A stretch of 63,312 nucleotides of DNA, the filler included, from Asterionella formosa (taxonomy: Eukaryota): NCBI GenBank assembly GCA_002256025.1. It is 11 parts of 11 records of this genome, joined end to end, with 100 filler letters (N's around TTAATTAATTAA, not from the genome) between each part and the next. Parts side by side here need not be neighbours in the genome. Positions count along the whole stretch, not along the records: positions 1 to 17,817 come from NKIB01004258.1; positions 17,918 to 35,739 come from NKIB01004263.1; 9 more parts are not named here. The stretch is one strand, 5' to 3'. Both the position numbers and the translations under genes were made by a program. Below the pieces are notes generated by a model. It saw only the letters and a list, made by a program, of their open reading frames with translations, had not been told where the DNA came from and searched no databases. Shown in pieces: positions 11,887-24,532 of this stretch; position 1 is the stretch's first letter; the number at the start of each line of letters is the position of its first letter.

Positions 11887-13300
11887 ATAGTTCCAGACAT
11901 TCAGCAAATTCACCTACGGGTTTCATACATAGACATATCATTCCCTCCTAGTACCAAGTTTACGGACTAACCTACATGCTGCTTCGGATCCTCCTCCTGT
12001 GCACCATGTCCGTTTCGGGCTCCTTTGCTGCCGCTCTTCCACTTCATTTCCCTCCACCACCAGTGTCTCATCCCAACGCTGCCCTTAAGAATTCAAAGAA
12101 TATGGAATCATCCAGAACCCCTGCTCTCTCCACACTGCAAAAGAAACCCAAACCCGCAGAACCATTGGTTGGCGCATATTTCATGCACCACTCTCCAATC
12201 CCCGCATTTATCACCAGTCTCACTTCTCCTTCCCCCCGACTGACCCCTGCCTCTCCTGCTTATCATCATGTCCTGATCATTTTATGGTCCGCACAGCTAT
12301 TCGAAAAGAGGCATCTACCACAGTCAGCCCCAATCCCTCTATTTTTCCGGCCACCAAAAAGGCACCTTACCCGCTACTACATCTGACAAAGTCTCCTCCC
12401 CCTATCAAAACCACCCCTAAACCCAAGAACACAGCGCCTACTGACCGCTCTTACCACTCTGTAGGGCTCGCTCCATTTCAGCCTAGCATTCAATTATTTG
12501 ATTCCTATTCAGCAAACTGTTCCTCCGCCAAAGATTGCGGATCCAGTTCACTCCACTATCACTGCTGTATTCATTCATTCCAGGCCTCCTTTCTACATTA
12601 TTTTTCTTCCATGTCTTTGCGCCAGTGTTTATCCCATTCATTTGAATAGCACCAGCTAGCTCAATACTCTGCCTTCACCAGCTTCCAACATGCCTTAAGC
12701 TATCAAGCAACTCAATCATTTCACTCATCTGAAATTTGCTAGCTACCTCTTAATATCCTCATTCTTACTCCTAGCATCCAAGATATTGTCACATCTCTCT
12801 CTCTCCCTCTCTCTGCCTTCTGAGACCATGCATCCATTCTTTTTCTCTCTTTCTCACCCTGCTTCAAAGATGATTTGTCATGACCTAAGCTATCAAGCAA
12901 CTCAATCATTTCACTCATCTGAAATTTGCTAGCTACCTCTTAATATCCTCATTCTTACTCCTAGCATCCAAGATATTGTCACATCTCTCTCTCCCTCTCT
13001 CTGCCTTCTGAGACCATGCATCCATTCTTTTTCTCTCTTTCTCACCCTGCTTCAAAGATGATTTGTCATGACCATTTGTTTCTCTCACTTTCTCCAGCAA
13101 AAAGTCTAAGTGTCACATGCGCTCCTTGCCTGAGTCACACCCAATAACAAATCTCCTCATCCTATTCTAAGAGCCACATGGGCTCCTTGCCTGGCTCCTC
13201 CCCTATCCTAAATTCACAATCCTGGCCCTCTGGGCCACAATGCAACCCAAAGAACTCCACTATAGTCGAGGCTCTATAACGCGTATTTATAAATTTTCTT
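11887..13300 (+). mobile_element. ~1.4-kb C/T-rich non-coding dispersed element with SINE-like 3' tail (non-autonomous non-LTR element?)
   Basis: First 670 bp duplicated at 2048-2713 with the same 5' boundary; 13221-13300 resembles the SINE tail; truncates the copia RT. Confidence 0.55.
12696..13073 (+). repeat. Head-to-tail tandem duplication, 190 + 188 bp
   Basis: TAAGCTATCAAGC...TTTGTCATGACC twice; units differ by one CT in a CT microsatellite. Confidence 0.95.
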
Positions 13301-13479
13301 TGCAACTATTATATGCATATACAGCAATTACTGTAGTCTCAAACGTTTACTAGTAAGCAATGAAGATAGTAGTGTACTGGTGAACTATGTTGAAATCTCA
13401 TCATTGTGCTTCCATCATTCCCTCGTTGTTGCCACCATAATCCTGCATCTCACTACTTCTTCCTGCATCTCACTACTTC

Positions 13480-13830
13480 TGAGCTCCTACTGATGAGCCT
13501 TCTTCTTGGTGATGGTTTTGACAAACAGCGCACAGAAAGAGCCTTTGCAGCTACCGATCTTTGAAGCTTCCGTGCATACTTTGGTGCCAGTCCACAAATT
13601 TGAGGAATTCTTTCTGAATTACAGACAATTAATATTGATGAGTCGCATTTCAAACCTGACCCTGCCTCCTAATTTATTATGACAATGAACTGGCTGTGCT
13701 CCAACAAAAAATGAAGTATAAGTATCTGGGTCATACAAGGAGATGTCTGAGAATCCAGCAAGAAATTGGATTCGGAAGGAGCATAAAAAGTCAATTCAAA
13801 TGCTAAGAGGACAAATGGTAAGGAAGTGAT
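13480..13830 (+). pseudogene. Possible N-terminal remnant of an IS5/Harbinger-related (DDE_Tnp_4-like) transposase
   Basis: Interrupted frames reading FRAYFGASPQI..LSELQ..FIMTMNWL..ARNWIRK..IQML, resembling the N-terminus of diatom transposases of this type. Confidence 0.35.
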
Positions 13831-15005
13831 GGTGGCCAACATACATCTTTGCTCAAGAAATTTGAGGCTATGATCTCCTAATTCATGGTGTTCTTCTGAT
13901 TATTTGTTTTGCATGCTTGTTGGGGGCGTTGCACTTACTACTACGAATACAGGGCATTACCGGCAGTTTTGAAGACATCATACACCGGAGCGAATGCTTC
14001 AAATTTGCTGGCGTCTTCAAGCACTTCATTCAAATTGCCCATTCGCAATCAATAAAATATCAATAGGTAAAAGCCCTATTTCACATCTTTTGCTTCGATT
14101 ATTCATGTTAATACTGTAGTCGTAGTCTCATATATTGTGCAGTGCTACTGTAAAAGTGTCGCATCTACTCAGCGCATCGACGTTTAAAGATTGCGCATCT
14201 CTAAATAAGATGAAGAAATGTGCCAGCGGCGACTTCAATTGTGGTTGTAAATATTATTGCTATTAGAATTATTCTTTTCTAATCGTACTATCTATGTCGT
14301 ATTTGATATTTTTATTAAAAAGGAAAGCATCGTTCTCATTTTTGGTCGAGATATTCGCTATATTAATCATGGTCAACGATGCGATGACATGATAATGAAG
14401 CATTCTCCAGCCACTTGCTGCAACTTACACAACTACTGGTATGTATTCAGTATCATAGCTATAGCTACAGTATGATTACGTGGTTGTAGGTAACTATGAT
14501 GGCAGCAGCGTTGAAATGATGACGTCACAATGAGCAAAATTGCTACTTCAAGCAACTCTGCTTTAAGCAAAATGGTCCTATACTAAGCAAAACAAACGAG
14601 AAGCAAATAGCAGAATAAACCAAACAGGTTAGCTAGACTCAACAATATTTTAGGCTAAATCAGATTAAGTCTAAGTATATAAAGAAACCACATGCAGGTC
14701 GGGTTGGTTTATCAAACGGATGTCAAGAAGAGACACATGTATCAACTTGGAGTTAGAATCAGTATTGCGGGTACAAAGTCGTACGTGGAACTTATTATTG
14801 CAAAATTATCGCAACCGGCAGGGACACCCGGAAAACGTGCTTAAAACCGGCGATCAACGGCAACAATTTTAGGGGGATAAATATTGTTGTCTAGTTTTAC
14901 AGAACTTGACATGTATAATGAGAGCGCGTCATGCAAGTGCTGGTAGGTTTCCGTGGAGGCTTGGATTGTGCTCATGAACCTTGCTGCTCAAGTGAAAAGG
15001 GAATT

Positions 15006-15128
15006 AGCGTTTGGTGCTGAAGTTAAAAGTAAATAAGCGTTTGGTGCTTACTAAGTTGTAAGTAAATAAGCGTTTAGTCCTTAAGTTAATAGTAAATAAA
15101 TGTTTGGTGCTTAAGTTTCCTGGTGCTA
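15006..15128. repeat. Four degenerate ~30-bp tandem units (AGTAAATAAGCGTTTGGTGCTTAAGTT); a related 30-bp periodic array lies at 16210-16295
   Basis: Direct inspection. Confidence 0.75.
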
Positions 15129-16477
15129 ACCGTGGACAAAAACGTCCACCAAATGGTGTCTCGGTTTCTGTAGCCCTAAAATGCGATGCTAACGAGAGTG
15201 AAAATCCCATTGCAAACGCGTTGTTTGCATTACTGGTACCGGTACTAGTAGGAGACTCCGTGCCTGCATGAATCCCAATAAGTTTTACCTAGTCGCAGTA
15301 ACACGTTGTTTATTTAACTTTTTTCCAAAGTTACCTACACGTAGGATTCCATGTGACTACTTATAATGTAGCAAGCACAAACCCAATTGAGGTATTCTGC
15401 TCATCTTCGAGTCAGTATATGTTGCATACGTGTACTAATAAACCGTTATATTCCCTCAACATTGACCCTTCTAACAGTAAAGGTATATGGGGGGGGGGTA
15501 TAAGTCATCGTTTATCGTCATTATGTCAGCAACAACTACAACAAACTGCTTTTGATTTGATGACAGTGATCGTGTCATCTTTCCCTCATTTGTTATTGTA
15601 TAACATTCAAATAGATGGAATCGAATAGTTGTTAGGAGCGTAGCTATTGTAATCGATTTTAATTGAAGCTACTACATTTGTTTAGATAAAGCAGAAACAC
15701 TAAAATCGGAAACCCACAAGTGGGCTCGACAAGAAAGACGATATCTCGATGCCTCATTGTTGCATTGAAATGTGTCTTATTGCTACATTTGTACCGTTCT
15801 ACAATGCTCCATTGTCTACAAGGGATCAGGCCCAAAACAAAAATTGATTTAAAATTCACTACTATCTGTTTAGAATAGTTGGAAGTGATTGTCATCGTCA
15901 TATTGTTGTTTCCAACACCAAGTCACCATACTCAGAGTACATTTAATTGATTCCACAATTTGCTATAAAAACTAACTAATTCCGGTATTTTATTTGTAAA
16001 AATAGTACGGGTATTCTCAATTCTTTTTTTGTATTTTTCATAATATTTTTGTTGTCATATGTCACAGTTGATGGGCTGACAAGCAAGAACATTTAGGTTT
16101 TCCAGGAGAACTTTATTTCTGAACACCGTTGTTTCATTAGCTCCCCTCCATCCTGCTAATAGGTACCGGTAGGCTGAAAAAAGACATCCCCTGACTATAA
16201 TGTAATTAGAAGTTTGTTTGCTGCTTAAGTTTAAGCAAGATTGACGTTCGCTGCTTTAGTTTAAGCAAGATGTCAGTTTTCTACTTAAGTTCAAAGACTC
16301 CTCAGTGGGCAGGCAGGCAGGCAGGCCGGCATGCATGCATTTTACCCTACTGGACTGGCTCATCCCAAAAGATGTTAAGATATAACGCCTTTTTTTGTGG
16401 CGAATTTGAAATGTGTATCAACATTTCTTTCCATGTGTACAAGCATGTTTTCTGTATGTCCCAGATCTCACCTGGTA

Positions 16478-17221
16478 CCACTTAAAAACTGTGCATAAGC
16501 GACCGCTATGATGACTTTTAAACGGTAAGCCACCGCTAAACAGAGTAAACGCACGGTTTGAACTTAGTTTGCAGATACATTCATTATTGTCACAAAGGAG
16601 TTGTTCAGATTTATATAGCGAGTAAATACGTACAAACTTGTTTTGTTACATTGTGTAAGTTGTTAACTACTTATTACGGCCCAAAGGTTGCTGTTGATGC
16701 GAAATTGTGAAAAATGGAAAATTTCATGTTTTCTCTATTGAGCTATCATCGTCTTTTTCTACGAGTGCACTTGTATATGGAGAAATTCATTCCATAGAAT
16801 TAATTTAGTATTATTAAATATGTGTACGATGTCATTGTGCTTTCGAATACATTATGCATCAAAAGAATTCGGTGATGATGCAAATGCAAAAAGCATACTG
16901 CAAAAAAAGGTAAAGTAATACGAAAATAATTTCTGTAGTATAAACGGAGTAAAAATAATCATGGTTTGGGGGGAAAATATACTCATGTATGTTTAGAAAA
17001 ATATGCACTGTAAGCCACTGCTATGCAACAATCTTAATGACTTTAAAATTAGATCTTCATGGCTTTATACACTGAATCGAAACTAATTACTTATTCGTTG
17101 AGTAGAGTGCATTGTGTAACATACACTTCGTACTTGCATCATGTTTCGATTGTAATATTACTTGAATATTTTTAAGTCGGAAGATGGAGTAAAATAATGT
17201 TGGCTTACGGTTTTTAAGTGG
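16478..17221. mobile_element. 744-bp MITE with CCACTTAAAAACTGT TIRs and internal TAAGCCACCGCTA repeats
   Basis: Left TA|CCACTTAAAAACTGT, right ACGGTTTTTAAGTGG; right half homologous to 60997-61337, which ends in AAGTGG|TA. Confidence 0.8.
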
Positions 17222-17597
17222 GACCCTTCGGACGAGGTACCATGGTACCAGTAAAGAACTGCTGTGACCCACTGAGTTCTCCTATTCGTTTGATTAGTTC
17301 GACTACACCTTTTCCATGCCTTGCGAGAATCAAACTTCCAGGTCTTGTTAACCAAAGGAGTCAGCAGATTGTGGATCTGTCGGTATTCTCATGGAAGGTC
17401 GAGGTACTGAGAGACGAACCCTTTTATGTGGACAAAATTTGCCGGTAATGGGTCACAGCAGTACTTAAATTTTTATCTATAATTGTATATAATTTTATAT
17501 ACCATTATGATCAAGGATTACCCCGTTTGGTTTTCGCAAAATTATTTTTAAGAATTTTCGCATCCAGTATTTATATCACTATCACACGCAAATGCAT

Positions 17598-17817
17598 TCA
17601 GCCACATGAAATGCTTGCGCCTATCAACACCACTGCAATATCGCCCTCATCCCTACTAAGCTCCTGTCCTCCCACAAGCACAACATCAAGAGGCCGAATT
17701 GGATATGGAGAATCCTTTTCTCCACGGCAACAAGTCTCCAAATATCTTGCCAACAAGTTCTGTCTGGTTATTGGAAGCGGCGCATCGCCGTTGCGCTTGT
17801 ACCATGTCACCACTGTT
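17598..17817 (-). pseudogene. Possible C-terminal fragment of a pogo-like diatom transposase, cut by contig end
   Basis: WYKRNGDAPLPITRQNLLARYLETCCRG resembles the C-terminus of such transposases. Confidence 0.35.
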
Positions 17818-17917
17818 NNNNNNNNNNNNNNNNNNNNNNNNNNNNNNNNNNNNNNNNNNNNTTAATTAATTAANNNNNNNNNNNNNNNNNNNNNNNNNNN
17901 NNNNNNNNNNNNNNNNN
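17818..17917. other. Artificial contig spacer N44-TTAATTAATTAA-N44 (also at 35740, 53649, 54857, 56065, 57273, 58481, 59689, 60897, 62105; 100 bp each)
   Basis: Identical 100-bp spacer ten times; core is a stop-in-all-frames linker. Confidence 0.98.
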
Positions 17918-18200
17918 CTTTGTCGAAGGTGCTAGTTAACTACCACTGCACTACATAGCGACGACTTTATGTGCCAGGTACCTGGTACCAGGTACCCAGT
18001 CTAAACGAGTACCGGTACATCGCTACATAGCTTTTTTGTCGAAGGTGCCGGTGCACAACAAAGCTACGACTATATGTACTGGTACCTGGTACCAGGTACC
18101 CAGTCTACCCTGTACTCAAGTACCGGTATATGTACATCGCGAGCTTTGTCGAAGGGGCTAGTTAACTACCAGTGCAGTACACAGCTACGACTATATGTAT
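17918..18200 (+). repeat. ~110-bp tandem repeat, ~2.5 copies, running to contig start
   Basis: Units begin TTTGTCGAAGG at ~17919, 18035, 18145 and carry GGTACCTGGTACCAGGTACC cores. Confidence 0.85.
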
Positions 18201-18780
18201 GGCCATAAAAGGTTGCGCTGAGAGTTGATTTATTTTCGGGTACGTTCGTAGTATTACGACTTTTACGTAATTACCGGGTTCTGATTACGGTACTCAAAGA
18301 AGTTGGTGCTACATAAAAAGTCCATCCCGGTATACTCCCTCTGCTCTTTCAATCCGAATCGTTCACCCAAGCCCTCAGTAGAAGCAACATGTATTTTCTA
18401 CGCGAGACGATGCTGGCGAGGGGTGCACCTGTATACTTAGGGGCGATCTCATTTTAAATAATTAACAGAGATACAAAAAATTTAAAAATGTTGCTCAGGC
18501 CAATTTTTTGTATCGCGCACCTCGGAAAGGTATGTTGCTTCAAGCAACACATTTTTTGTTGCTCCGAAATGTGTATCTTTGTGTATCCCTGTAGACACAG
18601 CGTTAAGCAAGACTAATTTTATATATTTAATCCATGCCATGTAAAGTAAATTAATCAACAATGATACCATTTGTATCCCTAGAAGCAACATAGGAAACGA
18701 ATTTTGGGAGGAGGGATCAACAGCAACTATTTTTGCTACTCATGTAATTATGCTTTTCGTCACTGGTAAACAACTTGCAC

Positions 18781-18818
<38 letters not shown>

Positions 18819-18836
18819 GCTGCTGCTGCTGCTGCT
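18781..18836 (+). repeat. Compound microsatellite (TTG)n(CTG)n
   Basis: Direct inspection. Confidence 0.95.
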
Positions 18837-19189
18837 ACTTCTTCTCACTATGGCATCATTTGATTCTTCAGACAATGAAACTTTCTTTGCACCAAGAAAG
18901 ATGAATGACCATTGGGTTGCAAGTATCACTGCTGCTGAAATTTTCATTGATGATAAAAGACATGCTAATTCAACAGATATCCCTACAATGCTTTTGTCTT
19001 ATTTGTGTTTACTTTAATGTTACCAGATACAGAAACAAAACCAAGGCAATTTCTATTACACTCATTAAGAATTGGTTAAAGACTATTGACCTTTGAGATA
19101 TTATGAGGTACAACAAAAAATCATCCCAAAAACCGAAGCAGCCAGCATCTGAAAAAAGGAGCTCACTTTACTCCTGAATTGTCAACAAG

Positions 19190-20033
19190 GATTGTCAACA
19201 AGGAAGTCCCCTCACCTACTATCAAAAAAACTTTCTGCCACCACCAGAGAAAAAAATGTCAATGATCATTCTAGTACAGATTCCGAAATATTTCCTTCCC
19301 AATTGTCTGCTTTTCCATCTCCAGTACCTGCCAATATTTTAGGAGATGATGAATCTGCAAAGTCCCAGATTATCGTTAAGAAATGTGGATGACCTGGTGC
19401 TCCCAAGAAGGATAAGAAAAAATGCTGCAGCTACTCCCAAATACGGTAAGAAGAAAGGCAGATACTACCAAGTCATTAATGTACTCTGTGATTAGAAACA
19501 TTGTCAAGATGTTTTGGAACTTGGGAATACGCCAACTATGTGTGCACTGGATAAAAGGAAATTTCCCCATAAAGCAGTTTGGGACAAGTTATTGGATACC
19601 TACATGGACATAGATGATGATACAGTTGGATCCAGCACCCATGGCATTCAAACACACCCAGTTTGAATACCACGGAATTGATGATAACTATACCCTAACT
19701 TTTGTTATGTTGGAAAGCAAACAATTTTCAGAGGTTATGGAATTTCTAAATGCGCATTACAAGATCTGTTTCAATAATAACAAAGTTTCTGGTCAACACA
19801 ATAACTTTGACATTTTCACTCAAAACCGGCCATATTGTTTGTACTACCATTTATGGCATCAACAGGTGCCACATTTCCGTGCCTACTATGCAGTACCAAG
19901 TTTAAGTGATGGTGTTGCTGTGGAAAGTCTAATTCACGTTTTTGCAGAGGATGAAGTTGCCAAGCTCCCTATGCAAAGGAAAAAGGGAGAAAATATTTCA
20001 GTGATGAGTTTGAAAACAGGTCCAAACAAGTGA
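19190..20033 (+). pseudogene. Remnant of the second (accessory) ORF of the Harbinger element
   Basis: Lies inside the TIRs convergent to the transposase; fragment SGQHNNFDIF...YCLYYHLWH; several stops and frameshifts. Confidence 0.5.
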
Positions 20034-20094
20034 TTGAATCAACAAGCTCCAAACTAGTCAGAAAATCAACACCATAAGCAACTTTCTTCTTTTA

Positions 20095-20568
20095 ATCATC
20101 ATCCATGAGTAGGCAAAAATTTTGTAAGCGGTAATCGGGCACAAACAGAAAGAATAGTAGCAACTGATTGCTTCTGCTGGCTGAAGGACAAGGATGTCCT
20201 CAGGATCTTCCATTTATTGGTAAGCAACCCAAATGTTATCTCAATTCTAATGCGTAGTTGCGAAAGGAAATAGTATTAATGCGATATTCACAATGAAACC
20301 TATTCTCTTGGAGAAGCTTTATTACATGATCATTCCAATCAAGTCGTTGATGCTCCCATTTTGCTGATTGCACTGGCTTCTGGTTTCGTCCATAGGACTC
20401 CAAAAATGATAATTCAACTACTGCAAGTAACAGAAAGCTTTGTTGTTCCGCTTGTTTTTCTTGTTCTAAATCAATATTTTCAATGACAGCCCAAATGTCA
20501 GGCTCTTCTGGTCTATTTTTCATTTTTGTCATTTGAGTAGTAGTAATAACAACTAATTCTCCTATCAA
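20095..20568 (-). pseudogene. Harbinger (DDE_Tnp_4) transposase with its central catalytic region deleted
   Basis: N-terminal RLDWNDHV...FHCEYRINTISF joined out of frame to C-terminal SQLRIRIEITFGLLTNKWKILR...CARL..LQNFC. Confidence 0.8.
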
Positions 20569-21829
20569 ACAGATGATGGGAAGAATACTGAACCTATTGT
20601 TGTAATTAGCGCTATCAAAGGATAGCTAGTTGTATACAACAGTCTTGTTGCATGGGAAAGCTCGAAATATTCCAGACAAGAATTATCCACCCAGAGAGGG
20701 TCAAATGTTGCGATAATGTTACAGGCGGTTTATACTGGTTGCCTGCATTTCACAAGACAAACCTCGCAGGACAACACATAATGGTTCTCGTCGCTCATCA
20801 TGCGCCCAATATACGCTGAGGTATACCCAATTATGTTTACCAATTATGATCATCAGACAGGTTGTATAATTAAAGCGCACATCGCAATTATTTTTGCTCT
20901 GAGTCAAATGTACATGTTTGCTGCGACACGCACGAAAAAAGGGCTAACTGTTTTGCTGTTACTTTACTGGGATGTATTTGTGAAATGTATCTCTGTAAAG
21001 TTTCATTCTTTCTGAAGATGGAATAAAATATAATTAGAAATTATCTGTGTCTCTTTTTCTGTTAAGATCACCCCTTAGGCATGAATAATTCTAAATAGCA
21101 ATACGAGTGGATCGACGAGGGCTATTGAATTTAAATGAATATCGCTAGCCTGCAATTTTGTTTTGCTCTACAAGGAGTGGTATGCGATAATTAAAAGTGG
21201 CCGACTACAAATGCTGTAAAGAAGGGTCAAATGCCTCACTAACGAATATATTTAGCAAAACGAAATGGAAATGAAAATGAAAATCGAAGGGCAAGTCTTG
21301 GGCCTCTAGGCCAACAACAACTGGCATTCAGGTGACATTCACAATGTCTTTGTACGCAATTTTGTGCTCCGCAACATCAACAGATTTCAGGAAGATGTTA
21401 TTTTTGATGACTTGATTGATAAAGAGGAGACTGCAATAGCATTCATTTCTTTGTTGTCCGATAATGGAAAGGGCACCACATGAGCGGACGGAATGCCTTG
21501 ATGTTGTGTGGGGTGTATTGGGAGACAGTTGATTGTGAATTTGAGGTGGCAATATTTTCATTTCTTGATGTCATCATCAAAAAGGAGGAAGGTGCCATTG
21601 CTGTTGACAAAAATGAACTCAAAGAGAATGTCAAGCCATCTACTTCTAAAAGCGCAAGAAGGAGGTCATTGAAATAGTCTGAAGTTCTTGATAAATTATA
21701 CATCATTATTCAATTATTTGTCATTCTAACAAATATTATAATCACCATCATTTGTTTTGGAATAATGTTGAAAGAAGCATTCACACTTTTTAGCCAAGTA
21801 TAAAGGCGAAAATAATAAGGTCTAGTAGT

Positions 21830-23880
21830 CTAGTACAGAAACAGAGCAGCAAGGAATCCTTTGGCAGCCAAGCTACAACGGTTTTCGTTTTCCCATTGGA
21901 GAATCGTCAGAATAAAGTCCTCATCTCCATGGCTAAAAATCAAAAGCTCTTGTCCGGTCGCAAGCAACGATACTGGCAAACTACGACCAGGAATGTGTGA
22001 AAGTAAATTTGGACCCAAACTTGTACTTCCAAAAGCAAATGCAGACCCGCAGTAATGAATCCTTTTGTGCTGGTTAAGTGCGACTTGTGATGCTTCTCTC
22101 CTTTCCTTGAATTTGCATTCGCAGTTGCTCCCTTCTTTTGCATCTTCCCTTTTGATATATTCCACAATTTTGGTTGGTCAAGGTTTGGAAATTCCTTCCG
22201 TCAGATTGAGCTCAGCAGGCCTCATTCTTCTTTGGTTTGTTTCAGTTGTTTGTATGCCTCCATGATTTTGGGTCATCATCTGTATTTCCGGATGAAAGAG
22301 TGCATGGTAATTTAGTGGTCCCCATCCTCATGCCAAAATTTTACTTTTTCGCACCTTGTTTGCAAAACTCTGGCTCATGCATGCTAAACAAGCGATTCCG
22401 ACCACTCTGTCTTTTCAATGGCTTAAGGCAGAGAATTGCAAAGAGTCTTCTTGATCTCTCTTTGCATGTTTCAAATACATTTTCAAGCATCCATTTTGTT
22501 CAGTAGTGTTGCCGACCTGCCAGTGACTAGTTTCATTTGGCATACCAATGCAAACAACAACATTTCAAGCAAAGGATGACTGGGGAATTAATATACTCCA
22601 AATATGTTAGGTCAAAGCAACAAGAATGAGAAAGTGATTAACACCATTACTTTGGTAGCACACACCAGATAAAACAATTTGATTGAGCATTGCAACTAAG
22701 AATAGTTCCACCGTGATTGAGTTAGATTCGAAGCAGCAGCATACTATAGTCAACGGCAAGGTTAATTCGCACTGGTCCCTGTAGATAGCATTTGCCAGTT
22801 CCAAAATTCGAAAATTAGGTCATCATGCTCTCCATTCTATTTCATTCCATTCAGGAAAGGGATCAAGGCCCTGCAACACCCTTGTTCCAATTGTTTTGCT
22901 GCAAATATTATCACACAAAATACACGTTTGCCATCAGATGTCGTAAATCCTACTAGCACAGTGAAATGAACACTTTGTGTTTGTGGCCTTGGGTATTACC
23001 CTTAAGTTAGCAATTTCTATCCTCTCATTTGACCATCCTTTGCTTGAGACATATTGCTACCAACCTCATCAACAAGCAGTAACTTACCTCCTGGATACTT
23101 CCATATGTATTTTGTCTTCCTTCCACATGACTCCTCATCTGTGGCAACAATGTTACCTTCTTTATTCAGTCACACATCCTCGCCTGACTTTTTGGCAATC
23201 CCTCCCTTTACCATTTCCTTGTCTGTCTCGTTACACATTAGTTTGAAGTTTGAATATGTACACCAGTCAGCATGCTTGCAATCAAATTTCACTCCCTTCT
23301 TTGCATTGACTTTGTGACCATTCCTTTTCATGAAGCCCCTGCTTGAGTATTCCATTCCCACCAGTGCCTTTGTGTTATCCACAGCACCATTTACTTGGTC
23401 TCTGAATGAAATGCAATATTGATTTCTCTATTGTTCAACTAATTCCAAAAACCTACCTGACAGAAATTTTTGCGTTTGCCAGTTGAAGTGGTCCCTTTTT
23501 TCATGTGATTGGCGACCTGATTTTAGACAGCTGATCATTAAGCTCAACCTTATATGGTTCGGCTTACCAACATTGGTGAGGTGACTGCTTCTTTCAGCCC
23601 ACTAGGTTTCATTCGTTTGGCCCTTGTTCTAACTGTTTCTTTGTGTATAACAACAGCAGCCAGGAGGAATACCAAGCGTGTCCTTCTACCTCTCTTTTAT
23701 GCAGGTCAGTGGTGTTGCATTGGACTGCTTGTTTGTTTGATTTTTTTCTGGCTCTCTCACAGTCATAAATTCTTCCAATGATTTCAAAATGCACTGCTTG
23801 GTCAGCTTCATCATGACAGTACTAAGGGCGGTTGTTGTTCCCTTTGGGCGACCTGCAAAGGTGGTAGTAGTAGTAGTAGC

Positions 23881-23962
<82 letters not shown>

Positions 23963-24020
23963 ACAATGGTAGGGGGAATGAGCTATAGTTAAGCCAAAGT
24001 AGAACTAATTTCTTCATCAT
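21830..24020 (-). pseudogene. Decayed pogo-like (Tc1/mariner, DDE_1-type) transposase
   Basis: Ordered fragments GRPKGTT, TSPM, QLSKIRSPIT..LQLANA, FMKRN, ESNSITVELFLVAML, VCIGMPNETSHWQVGNTTEQNGCLKM, ITAGLH..SLGPNLL; many stops and frameshifts. Confidence 0.75.
23864..23962 (+). repeat. (GTA)~33 microsatellite inside the pogo-like N-terminal region
   Basis: Direct inspection; one GCA interruption. Confidence 0.95.
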
Positions 24021-24532
24021 CGCGCACTAGTAAACCATAGTAAACCAGGTTGAGAGTCTTCATCAATGTAGGAGAAATTCTCATATTGAAAGCTCTGGAT
24101 TAATGCCATCCATTGACAAATCAGATACTGCACTTGACTGTGATTTGCTTTGGGGGAACTGCTGGCGGGATTAGGAACAGAAGCAACCAACTTCTGATAT
24201 TGGAATTAAATTTTATTAATCTTTTCTAGGCAGTATTTGACTTTAACAACAACTTTCAACCCTGCAAGGAGTATACCAGCCATTTATTTTATTGCCTGCC
24301 TGAACATGTGTATTATGTAGAACAATAACTTGCTGGTAACCCAGTACCCCTGGTGTGTAAATTCAGTGAACTTAGTAAAGCATGGATTGTTGATGTAAGT
24401 TGTCCATGTATTTTGTGGGAGGGTTGGATAGAATGGGAAAACTGACTACACTATACTATCATCCCTCTGTATGTAGACTGCTCTATCTCGCCTAAAGGTA
24501 CAGTTCTCCAATGGCTTGACCATCAAGACTTT

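Larger units (their letters stand above)
18440..21074. mobile_element. PIF/Harbinger transposon, internally deleted and decayed
   Basis: TIRs GGGGCGATCT / AGATCACCCC, TTA TSD (18437-18439, 21075-21077), convergent ORF remnants. Confidence 0.85.

Noticed and set aside
13490..13545. CTGATGAG...GAAA hammerhead-like core
   Set aside because: No stem II or stems I/III could be formed around the core.
17862..17873. Recurrent TTAATTAATTAA
   Set aside because: Artificial linker between N runs.
23789..24020. Poly-Val/poly-Leu/poly-Asn ORFs (also 18717-19017)
   Set aside because: Translations of trinucleotide microsatellites.
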